Part shown: one piece after another, positions 1 to 7,648 of the stretch
Layout of the letters: every line of letters begins with the position of its first letter
How positions within the stretch are numbered: the stretch's first letter is position 1
NCBI GenBank assembly: GCA_051439425.1
Contig: JBFRWD010000048.1
Span: 1 to 12,106, forward strand
Source: Synechococcus sp.
GTDB lineage: Bacteria; Cyanobacteriota; Cyanobacteriia; Thermostichales; PCC-7336
Length of the DNA stretch: 12,106 nt
Reading direction: 5' to 3'
Made by a program: the position numbers and the translations under genes
The notes under the pieces: model-generated
Database searches by the model: none
What the model saw: the letters and a program-made list of their open reading frames with translations, nothing else
What the model was told of the DNA's origin: nothing

Positions 1-80
1 TAGCCGGGCGTCAGTTTGATGATGAGCTTGACCTCGTTGACGCCATCATTGTTGGCATTGAGGCTCGGGCCAATCAGCAT
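1..80 (-). CDS. 5' end of a probable protein-coding gene running off the left edge (MLIGPSLNANNDGVNEVKLIIKLTPG...), function unknown
   Basis: ATG at 80-78 on the minus strand, followed by 26 open codons rich in G/C third positions up to the window edge. An AT-rich stretch (ttttaattaaa) and an in-frame stop lie upstream. Divergent from the AAA ATPase. Too short to assign. Confidence 0.45.
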   Translation of the reverse strand, partial: MLIGPSLNANNDGVNEVKLIIKLTPG

Positions 81-263
81 GGACGGGCTCTCGAACGTTT
101 TCTGTTTAATTAAAACAACCTACTTACACACCGATCTACGAACAAATCTAATGCTACCCATGGGGCCAGGTGAATCAGTAATGCCCGAACTCGTGACTCT
201 GGCCAGCCAACAATGGTTGGTGGTTGAAAATTTTCTTGCTGCATCCATTCTGCGATTATTTTG

Positions 264-369
264 CTATTGCAATCCGCTGTAAGGTCTGGAGTGCGAGGAC
301 AGCTCAAACCCTATATCTACCGGGAAAAATGGCTAGAATATTCTCCCTAGCTGATTGCAGAAAGCTATA
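264..369. repeat. Small dispersed repeat / MITE-like element, copy 1 (~106 nt)
   Basis: Aligns without gaps to 10889-10994 (72/106 identical by hand count; 27/28 over the first 28 nt, ctat(t/a)gcaatccgctgtaaggtctggag). The ends are complementary (tgcaatc...gattgca). Confidence 0.8.
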
Positions 370-451
370 TCGATCGGCATCGTGCTGATGACAGGGAACC
401 AAGACAGTGAGGGAAAGCTTTACCAGAGTCTTAGCCCCCCTTTCCTGTGCC

Positions 452-1933
452 ATGAGCCTTACCGATTGCACCCACAAGCTGAAGACCCTGATGCGATCCC
501 TGCATTCGGTGGTGGCGGTCGAAACAGTGGAAGAGGAGCGGGTACAGACCGTCATAGGCAGTATTGCCAGCGAATTACACCTGCCTCTGATGGAGTGGTC
601 AATTACGCGCGGGCTCGCTCGCCCTCCTCATGAACTGGGGATGAACGGGACTCAAGAGCCGAGCAAGCTATTGGCAACCCTCTACAAACAGCCGAATGAA
701 GGCATTTATATCCTGAAAGACTTCTCCAAGCATCTGACAGGTGCGTTTGACATTCGCCTGTTTCGGGAGGTGGCGCAGAAATATACAGGTGGGCGATCGG
801 TACTGGTTTTGGTAGATGCCGAGCTCAAAATACCAGCAGAACTGGAAAGCCTAGTAGCCCGCTGGGAAATGCCATTACCGGATTATCACGAGTTAAGAGC
901 TTTGCTCAGGTCGGTGGTGAGTCGACTGAGAACCCAGCACAAAACGGAAATGAAACTGCAACCGAACGAGATTGAAGAGCTGCTACGAGCGTTAAATGGC
1001 ATGACGTTGGACTGTGCCCGACGGGCTATTACCTACGCCACACTAGTGGATGGCAAGTTAAGCCGCGATGACATTCGCACAATTCAGCAGCAAAAAGCTG
1101 AGATGGTGCGGGCGCGAGGAATGTTGGAATATTATCCTCCCAGCGATAATCTCTCGGAGTTAGGAGGATTTCAGTCGCTCAAACGTTGGTTGCATCGGGC
1201 ACGAGTGGGCTTTACCAAGACGGCTCAGAGCCTCAATCTCAGTCCACCTCGCGGAATTTGCATTGTAGGGGTGCAAGGATGTGGGAAATCTTTGGCGGTG
1301 AAGGCAATCGCTCGCGAATGGCAACAACCACTGCTCAAGCTGGACTTGGGACAGGTGTATGACAAGTACGTGGGCGAGTCGGAGAAGAACTTCCATAAAG
1401 CGATCGCCATGGCAGAGGTCATGGCTCCAGCCGTCCTGTGGATCGACGAGATTGAGAAAGCCATCAGCACCGGTAATGATGAACTGGGCACCAGCAAGCG
1501 CATGTTGGGGGCATTCCTCACATGGCTGCAGGAGAAAAGCGCCTCGGTATTTGTGGTAGCGACAGCGAATGACCTATCCAATTTGCCCCCAGAGCTATTA
1601 AGAAAGGGCCGATTTGATGAGATTTTCTTCGTCGATCTGCCCGATCGCGATGAGCGCCGACAAATTTTTGAGATCCACTTACGCAAGCGCAAGCAGGAAG
1701 TGACCGAATTCGACCTGCCAGTACTGGTTGAGGAATCCAAGGGATTCAGCGGAGCCGAGATCGAACAGGCTGTGACTTCGTCTCTCTATCAGTCCCTTTA
1801 CCTTAACAAGCCGTTTACGACCGAAATGATTTGCTCGGAAATGGCCCAAACGGTTCCTCTATCTGTCTCGCGCCAGGAAGACATCGCCATGCTGAGAGCC
1901 ATGGCAAAGGAACGGTTCGTCAGCGTTCGATAA
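452..1933 (+). CDS. AAA+ family ATPase, Ycf46-like (degenerate N-terminal AAA domain plus intact C-terminal AAA domain)
   Basis: Walker A GVQGCGKS, Walker B VLWIDEIEK and SRH region ATANDLSNLPPELLRKGRFDEIFFVDLP are present. So are the 'LGGFQSLKRWL' pre-AAA motif, an N-terminal 'EEERV...IYILKDF' remnant and a C-terminal 'VPLSVSRQEDI' typical of the Ycf46 group. ATG 452 is preferred over the track's GTG 407. Confidence 0.88.
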   Translation: MSLTDCTHKLKTLMRSLHSVVAVETVEEERVQTVIGSIASELHLPLMEWSITRGLARPPHELGMNGTQEPSKLLATLYKQPNEGIYILKDFSKHLTGAFDIRLFREVAQKYTGGRSVLVLVDAELKIPAELESLVARWEMPLPDYHELRALLRSVVSRLRTQHKTEMKLQPNEIEELLRALNGMTLDCARRAITYATLVDGKLSRDDIRTIQQQKAEMVRARGMLEYYPPSDNLSELGGFQSLKRWLHRARVGFTKTAQSLNLSPPRGICIVGVQGCGKSLAVKAIAREWQQPLLKLDLGQVYDKYVGESEKNFHKAIAMAEVMAPAVLWIDEIEKAISTGNDELGTSKRMLGAFLTWLQEKSASVFVVATANDLSNLPPELLRKGRFDEIFFVDLPDRDERRQIFEIHLRKRKQEVTEFDLPVLVEESKGFSGAEIEQAVTSSLYQSLYLNKPFTTEMICSEMAQTVPLSVSRQEDIAMLRAMAKERFVSVR

Positions 1934-1998
1934 CGGTGACAAGCATTGGGTCAAATGGAACGCCTCTGATTGACTCTAGGACAAGGCAATGCTGAGAG

Positions 1999-3411
1999 TT
2001 AGGCAGCTTCAGCGTTTGTCAGCCACTCGGCTAGCTCTGCGGCACGCTCTTCACCCCGTCGCACGCAATCCCCAAGCGAGACTCCATCCAAGTAGTTGCT
2101 ACACAATACAACCCCCGGATAGTCGGCCAGAATCTCGTTCATGCGAGCGATTCGCTGACGGTGACCCAAGGTATATTGCGGAATCGCTTGCTCCCAGCGC
2201 CGTACCCCCATCACCCGCGGTTTAGCCTCTGTCACCAACAGAGTTTTGCTCAAATCCCCATGCACTACATCTGCCAGCTCCTCATTGGTCAGCTTGGCAA
2301 TGTCCGGGTCGGTGGCACCGCCGATGTAGCTGAGAGTGCATTGATAGCCATCGGGAGCGCGTCCGGGGAACAGGCTGGACGTCCAGATAGTGCCCAGAGT
2401 ACGGATGCCTTGGTTGCGGGGGAAGAGCTGTCCGAATCCGGCAAATGGCTGGGGTAGAGCTTCGGCAGGATAGGCCAACGTTACGGCAGCCACGTGAGGG
2501 TAGGGAATTTCGGCCAGCTCGGCAGCTAGAGCCTCATCCAATGATTTGAGCAGGGGCGCGGCTCGGTAAGCAGGAGCCGTAATCACGATCGCCTTCGACT
2601 CCACCGTCTGAGTCCCGCTAGGCGTAGTGAATGTGGTGATGTAGCGATTGGCCTCTTTCACCACCTGAGTGGCTTCCCACTGCAGCTTGACGGCATCCCC
2701 AAGCGTTTTGGCTACAGCATCCGGCAGCTCTTGCAGTCCTTCACGGAAATTGCCCAACTGTCCGCGTTTAGGTTTGGGGTCGATTTTGTCGGAGATGGGG
2801 GGCTTTGCTTTCTTGGGAGAGCGAATCACGCCGGCGATAATGCTGCCGTAATCTCGCTCTAGGTCGGCTACTTTCGAAAAAGCCGCAGAAGCACTCAGTT
2901 GCTGGGTGCTACCGGCATAGACTCCGGAAGTAAACGGCCCCACCAGACGCTCTACCACTTGCGGGCCAAGCTGACGGGCAAAAAATTCTTCGACGGTTTC
3001 TTCTTTATCTTTGGGAGCCTTGGGGCCCAATCCAAGGACACCAAACAGTGCCCGTAGTTTGCCCCCAAAGCTGAGCAGGTTGGACTTAATCAAATCGGGA
3101 GGGGTCATCGGCACGGGGGTGAGGGTGCCGTCGAGATAGACAAAGCGAGGCAGTTTTCCATCTGCCCACACGAGGCGATCGGCCACGCCTGCATCAGCAA
3201 TTAAGTTGAGCAAAGCTGGAGAAGGGGTGAAGCTATTCGGGCCTTCCTCCCAGCGGTAACCCTCTTGGGCTCGGGTGGTAATCACGCCACCAACGCGATC
3301 GGCACGATCGGCCACCATCACATCCACCTGTTTTTGGTGTAGGCGAAACGCAGCAGACAGCCCGCTGATGCCAGCACCTAAGACAAGAACATCGGATGTT
3401 AAAGAGGACAT
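1999..3411 (-). CDS. hemG: Protoporphyrinogen IX oxidase, FAD-dependent HemY type (often labelled hemG or hemY)
   Basis: Rossmann motif VLVLGAGISGL, plus RVGG, WEEGPNSF, FTSGVYAG, GFGQLFPRNQGIRTLGTIWTSSLFPGRAP, SYIGG, AIPQY and GVSLGDCV. 470 aa. Confidence 0.95.
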   Translation of the reverse strand: MSSLTSDVLVLGAGISGLSAAFRLHQKQVDVMVADRADRVGGVITTRAQEGYRWEEGPNSFTPSPALLNLIADAGVADRLVWADGKLPRFVYLDGTLTPVPMTPPDLIKSNLLSFGGKLRALFGVLGLGPKAPKDKEETVEEFFARQLGPQVVERLVGPFTSGVYAGSTQQLSASAAFSKVADLERDYGSIIAGVIRSPKKAKPPISDKIDPKPKRGQLGNFREGLQELPDAVAKTLGDAVKLQWEATQVVKEANRYITTFTTPSGTQTVESKAIVITAPAYRAAPLLKSLDEALAAELAEIPYPHVAAVTLAYPAEALPQPFAGFGQLFPRNQGIRTLGTIWTSSLFPGRAPDGYQCTLSYIGGATDPDIAKLTNEELADVVHGDLSKTLLVTEAKPRVMGVRRWEQAIPQYTLGHRQRIARMNEILADYPGVVLCSNYLDGVSLGDCVRRGEERAAELAEWLTNAEAA

Positions 3412-3698
3412 TTCTAAATAGATTTTTTAAAGAGCGATCTCTGCTCTAACAAGTTCTTGGTGTAGGTGTCAATTGCTGGGGTGTCTTCGCAATAAACGGT
3501 TATCCGTTGAGATAGTGTGTCTGGCTGACTATGGTAGAGCTTCTATTCAGTACAGACTCTGCAATCTGCCTGAACGGCCGTTCAGCTCATCACGGCGGCA
3601 TTAGAAACGCCCTCTACCTCTCTCCCTAAACTGGAGTCCCCCCGAACTTGGAATCTCCTGAGTAATAATGGAGGTCGCCAACCCGGTTAATCCCCTAC

Positions 3699-4166
3699 AT
3701 GAGCCTGAAGAATTACAAAACCCTAGTTGATAACCGCCGTTCTCGCTTCCAGTACGAGCTACTGGATCAGTTTGAAGCAGGTTTAGAGTTGGTGGGAACG
3801 GAAGTGAAATCAATTCGGGCCGGACGGGTGAACTTACAGGATGCGTTCGCCCTGATTCGGGATGGAGAAGCCTGGTTGCTGAACATGCACGTTGCCCCCC
3901 ACGAAGCGGCGAGCAAGACCTTTAACCACGAACCTACCCGCCGCCGCAAGCTGCTATTGCACAAAAAAGAAATTCGCAAAATTGAGGGGGAGCTGGCCCA
4001 GAAAGGCTTGACCTTTATACCTACGCGTCTGGTGTTGAGCAACGGTTGGATTAAAGTTCACCTAGCGATCGCCCGAGGCAAAAAGCTCTACGACAAGCGC
4101 CAATCCATGAAGGAAAAGCAAGTGAAGCGGGAAACACAGCGGGCTCTCAAAGATCGCTACTCGTAG
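3699..4166 (+). CDS. smpB: SsrA (tmRNA)-binding protein SmpB
   Basis: Motifs NRRSRFQYELLDQFEAGLELVGTEVKSIRAG, HEPTRRRKLLLHKKEI and ARGKKLYDKR. 155 aa. Confidence 0.98.
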   Translation: MSLKNYKTLVDNRRSRFQYELLDQFEAGLELVGTEVKSIRAGRVNLQDAFALIRDGEAWLLNMHVAPHEAASKTFNHEPTRRRKLLLHKKEIRKIEGELAQKGLTFIPTRLVLSNGWIKVHLAIARGKKLYDKRQSMKEKQVKRETQRALKDRYS

Positions 4167-4222
4167 GTGTTGAGAGTTCCCTTGAAGAATCTGACAAAGC
4201 CCGGCCAGCAGAGACTCTATCA

Positions 4223-5116
4223 ATGAGCGAACCATCTGCGTACTCAACCATCACCACCAGTGATGGCTCCGTGACTTTCTTCTCAGAAGAATTCCAACAG
4301 GCATTTCACAACTTCAGCGGTGCCCGGCAAGAGGCACTGGAAAAGTACGTTTTGCCGACGAATTTACTGGCATTAGCGATGGAACGGCAGGAGCTGCACA
4401 TTGTCGATGTGTGCTTTGGGTTGGGATACAACTCTGCCGTTGCCCTCGAACGGATCTGGCACGTGAATCCCAACTGTCGCGTATGGATTCATGCGTTGGA
4501 GCGATCGCCCGATGTGCCCCAACAGGCTTATTACCAAGGACTGTGGGACGACTGGGACTTTAAGTCAATGTGGAAGCAGTGGTTCGATGCTGGTGTGATT
4601 GAGAGCAATCGCCTCTCAGCTCGCCTGCATTGGGGAGACGCCCGCCAGACATTGCAGATGCTACCCGAGCAATGGGCAGATGCTGTGTTTTACGACCCGT
4701 TTGCTCCGCCCAGTTGTCCGTACCTGTGGACGGTGGAGATGTTTGCTCAAGTGGTTCGCTGCCTGAAGCCACAAGGACGGCTAGCGACGTATTCCTGTGC
4801 TGTCGCCGTGCGATCGGGGATGGTAGAGGCAGGGTTAAACATTGGTTCAACGCCCCCTGTCGGCCGTCCCGGTCCTGGCACGGTTGCGTCCCCCAATCCC
4901 CAGAAACTGCCGCCTTTATCGCCGCGAGAAACAGAGCATTTGCAAACCCGAGCGGCGATTCCTTATCGCGATCCCACCCTATCTGCATCAATTCAAGACA
5001 TTCTTGAGCGTCGCGATCGGGAACAGCAGCACAGCCAACTCGAGGCAACGTCAATATGGAAGAAACGCTGGAAGCCGCCTTCAGTTCGAACTCACGAACA
5101 AGCGCAGCAGGCTTGA
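4223..5116 (+). CDS. mnmD: Stand-alone MnmC-family SAM-dependent methyltransferase (tRNA mnm5s2U34 methyltransferase MnmD / MnmC2-like)
   Basis: Motifs TSDGSVTFFSEEFQQAFH-SGARQEA, SAM motif DVCFGLGYNS, GDAR, AVFYDPFAP-CPYLWT and LATYSCA. No FAD oxidase domain is attached. Confidence 0.82.
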   Translation: MSEPSAYSTITTSDGSVTFFSEEFQQAFHNFSGARQEALEKYVLPTNLLALAMERQELHIVDVCFGLGYNSAVALERIWHVNPNCRVWIHALERSPDVPQQAYYQGLWDDWDFKSMWKQWFDAGVIESNRLSARLHWGDARQTLQMLPEQWADAVFYDPFAPPSCPYLWTVEMFAQVVRCLKPQGRLATYSCAVAVRSGMVEAGLNIGSTPPVGRPGPGTVASPNPQKLPPLSPRETEHLQTRAAIPYRDPTLSASIQDILERRDREQQHSQLEATSIWKKRWKPPSVRTHEQAQQA

Positions 5117-5272
5117 GCCATATCTGTCACAGTTGCTCCTACATAACGTTCAAGGTGCGCAATTGAGCGCATTACATCACTCTCGCAAGGCACAAGCTGT
5201 AGATGGGCAGACTGGTGCATGGTGCGCTTGCGCATCGAGATTTGGAGTTGCGACCGCAAGAGGTTGATACAA

Positions 5273-6031
5273 ATGAACGTTGCAAAATTGGCGATCGCCC
5301 TACTGGGGGTCAGCACCGGCCTGGTAAGCACTGAATTAACAACAGCAGCGATCGCAGAACCGATTGGCATCGAAACAGAGCCCGACATCATCGCTCAGTT
5401 CAACATTAACCCTCCAGGCCCCGGCAGCGTCCGCATCAACACCGGAGAGAGCAGTTCTAGCGACAGCGACACCGAGACCAATCAATCGGATAGTGGCGAG
5501 TCCACCTCAGTTGCCGCTAACAGTGCCGATTTTTCAGGGCAATCCAGACCCTATCTGGACGATTACAACGGTTTTGCACTCGAAATCCCAGCCGAATTTA
5601 CCCTGGGAGACAACGGCCAAACTAGCGATTGGCAGGGTCCAATTTTGGACGGTTCCGGCACGCTGATTTATGTAAATGCCGCTCCCATTCCTGGCGTTCC
5701 GGCCCAGACGCTCTACGATGCCAATTACCAGCAGTACCAGCAGGACCGCTTTTACACCGAAGTAGAACCGGTCGAGATTTACTTCGAAGCTGAGGGGCAA
5801 CAGCCGGTGCGAGTTCCCGCCTTCCGCGCCAAAGAAGTTGACAACCAGCGAGGGTCACGAGACTCCAAATTGCCGGATGATATCCACCGCTGGCACCTAT
5901 TCGTTTTTGGCAACGATCGCACCTACACCTTCGGCTTTACCGGTGCGTTCCAAACTTTTCAAGACAACGACGTCCAAGCTCTATACGAAGAAGTTATTTC
6001 CTCCGTTCGCTTGGTTCCCGTTGTCGAGTAA
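5273..6031 (+). CDS. Secreted hypothetical protein with Ser/acidic linker and probable PsbP/Mog1/DcrB-like C-terminal domain
   Basis: N-terminal Sec-type signal (MNVAKLAIALLGVSTGLV...AAIA) and low-complexity linker ESSSSDSDTETNQSDSGES. 'YLDDYNGFALEIPAEF' and 'HLFVFGNDRTYTFGFTG...YEEVISSVRL' match the PsbP-fold pattern. ATG 5273 is preferred over 5219. Confidence 0.65.
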   Translation: MNVAKLAIALLGVSTGLVSTELTTAAIAEPIGIETEPDIIAQFNINPPGPGSVRINTGESSSSDSDTETNQSDSGESTSVAANSADFSGQSRPYLDDYNGFALEIPAEFTLGDNGQTSDWQGPILDGSGTLIYVNAAPIPGVPAQTLYDANYQQYQQDRFYTEVEPVEIYFEAEGQQPVRVPAFRAKEVDNQRGSRDSKLPDDIHRWHLFVFGNDRTYTFGFTGAFQTFQDNDVQALYEEVISSVRLVPVVE

Positions 6032-6065
6032 TCAATTGTCGAATAATCAATTGTGAAATAATCGA
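6021..6065. repeat. 15-bp imperfect tandem repeat x3 overlapping the stop codon
   Basis: ttgtcgagtaatcaa (6021-6035), ttgtcgaataatcaa (6036-6050), ttgtgaaataatcga (6051-6065). Confidence 0.85.
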
Positions 6066-6098
6066 CCGCACTCATCAGGGTAGCGATCGTCAAACCGA

Positions 6099-6136
6099 AG
6101 AGCTCCCAGACACACAAGCTGGGAGTTCTATTTTTT
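6099..6136 (+). terminator. Rho-independent terminator
   Basis: 11-bp stem agagctcccag / ctgggagttct (one G-U pair), 9-nt loop, then atttttt. Lies about 70 nt after the stop of the 5273-6031 gene. Confidence 0.75.
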
Positions 6137-6222
6137 GAGCTACCCCGTATCCAGCCATACTCGCTCGTTCCGACAGCACGAGACGGCACTTTGGTAGGCT
6201 GCAATCGGTACCGCTCGTCGAG

Positions 6223-6462
6223 ATGAGGGATGTGATGGGGATTGAGACTATCGCAGCATTGGCAGCCATCGTCATCGCCAGCATTGCTATTGTGTGGCTG
6301 GTGAAAGTGGTCAAAACCACGATTTTTGCCGCGTTGGGTATCTTGGTGATTCTCATCTTATTATCCGTTTTTCTCGGCCTGACCCCACAAGCAATCTGGC
6401 AAGCGGCTCTCGACCTGTTTGAAACAGCCTCCGGATGGCTACCGAGTTCGTCCGGCCAATGA
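6223..6462 (+). CDS. Small membrane protein (two hydrophobic helices plus an amphipathic tail)
   Basis: IAALAAIVIASIAIVWLV-KVVKTT-IFAALGILVILILLSVFLG-LTPQAIWQAAL. Fills the gap between a terminator and the convergent puuE. The start may be 6223 or 6235. Confidence 0.75.
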   Translation: MRDVMGIETIAALAAIVIASIAIVWLVKVVKTTIFAALGILVILILLSVFLGLTPQAIWQAALDLFETASGWLPSSSGQ

Positions 6463-6496
6463 TGGACGGGTAAGTGACCGCCTGTGCTCCTCACAC

Positions 6497-7429
6497 TCAA
6501 CTCTGAGCTGGTGCATGGTTCTCGTGCCAGTGGCGAGCGATATCGATGCGGCGACAAACCCAAACGCGATCGTGGCTTTGTACGTAATCTAAAAATCTAG
6601 CCAGCGCTGCCGTCCGCCCCGGTCGCCCTGCCAACCGACAGTGCAGTCCCACACTCATCATCCGGGGGCTGGTCATTCCTTCGCTATACAACATATCGAA
6701 CGCATCTCTGAGGTATGCAAAGAATTGATCCCCCGAATTGAACCCTTGCGCACTGGCAAAACGCATGTCGTTGTTGTCGAGAGTGTACGGGACGATGAGA
6801 TGAGGCTTGCCATAGCCGTGATTCCAGTAGGGTAGATCGTCGGCGTAGCTGTCAGCGTCGTATACAAAGCCCCCTTCTTCCACTACCAGACGGCGAGTGT
6901 TGGGACTCATGCGTCCTTGATAAAACCCCAGCGGGCGACTGCCAATAACGTCGGTATGAATGGCGATCGCCTTCTGAATATGCTCCCGTTCCACCTCTTC
7001 CCCAACGTACTGATAGTCAATCCAGCGGTACCCGTGGCTAGCGACTTCCCAGCCTGCGTCTACCATCGCTTTGCCTGCGGAGGGATTGCGGGCTAGAGCC
7101 ATCGCCACGGCATAGACCGTGACAGGCATGGTTCGCTGAGTAAACAAACGGTGCAAGCGCCAGAATCCCGCTCGACTGCCATATTCGTAAATGGACTCCA
7201 TGTTGATGTGGCGTACCCCCATCAGGGGCTGGGCTCCCACAATTTCGGAGAGAAACGCTTCGGAAGCTGGGTCGCCATGCAGAATGCAATTTTCTCCCCC
7301 CTCTTCGTAATTGATGACAAATTGCAGGGCTAATCTTGCACCATTCGGCCATTGGGGATGGGGGGGCGTTTGACCGTAGCCCACCATGTCACGGGGATAG
7401 GAATCACTGGAGTTTGAAAAGGTTGCCAT
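6497..7429 (-). CDS. puuE: Allantoinase PuuE (polysaccharide deacetylase fold, purine catabolism)
   Basis: Motifs YPRDMVGYG..PHPQWPNGARLALQFVINYEEGGENCILHGDPASEAFLSEI, ESIYEYGSRAGFWR, EVASHGYRWIDY, YADDLPYW, PYTLDNNDMRF and MMSVGLHCRLAGRPGR. ATG 7429 is preferred over 7483. Confidence 0.93.
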   Translation of the reverse strand: MATFSNSSDSYPRDMVGYGQTPPHPQWPNGARLALQFVINYEEGGENCILHGDPASEAFLSEIVGAQPLMGVRHINMESIYEYGSRAGFWRLHRLFTQRTMPVTVYAVAMALARNPSAGKAMVDAGWEVASHGYRWIDYQYVGEEVEREHIQKAIAIHTDVIGSRPLGFYQGRMSPNTRRLVVEEGGFVYDADSYADDLPYWNHGYGKPHLIVPYTLDNNDMRFASAQGFNSGDQFFAYLRDAFDMLYSEGMTSPRMMSVGLHCRLAGRPGRTAALARFLDYVQSHDRVWVCRRIDIARHWHENHAPAQS

Positions 7430-7648
7430 TGCAATGGACGCCTCTGGCATGACGGTAGGAGACAATCCTAGCGCCATCAGCATCCGATGCGAGCCCAGCC
7501 GACTAGCGCTGACGGTTGACCAACAAGTTTCTTCATAGACTCATGGTGTGCTCAGTTGAAATTCAGTACCGAACGATAAAGTTGACATGCTTCATCGATG
7601 TCGGCTCGACACGAGCAGCTTTTCGACAACAACCATCCAGGTTCTGGC

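Noticed and set aside
452..1933. AAA ATPase as part of an anti-phage or transposition system
   Set aside because: It has Ycf46-type classic AAA motifs, and no nuclease, protease, TniQ or transposase neighbour is visible in the window.
1942..1993. Interrupted stem (agcattg/caatgct, gggtcaa/ttgactc) between the convergent ATPase and hemG genes as a terminator
   Set aside because: Weak, heavily bulged and without a U-tract on either strand.
3412..4222. tmRNA (ssrA) next to smpB
   Set aside because: No GGGGCTG...TTCGAC 5' end or tRNA-like 3' end in either flank, and the right-hand gap is only 56 nt.
5156..5259. Three short TGCG...CGCA palindromes upstream of the PsbP-like gene
   Set aside because: The arms are only 5 bp with variable spacing (6, 2 and 2 nt), which is compatible with chance.
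6021..6065. CRISPR array
   Set aside because: The units are 15 bp, contiguous and spacer-less, and there are no cas genes.
7566..7579. NtcA box upstream of puuE (GTA-ccgaacga-TAA)
   Set aside because: It has one mismatch to GTA-N8-TAC, and no TAN3T -10 box lies at the expected spacing toward puuE.
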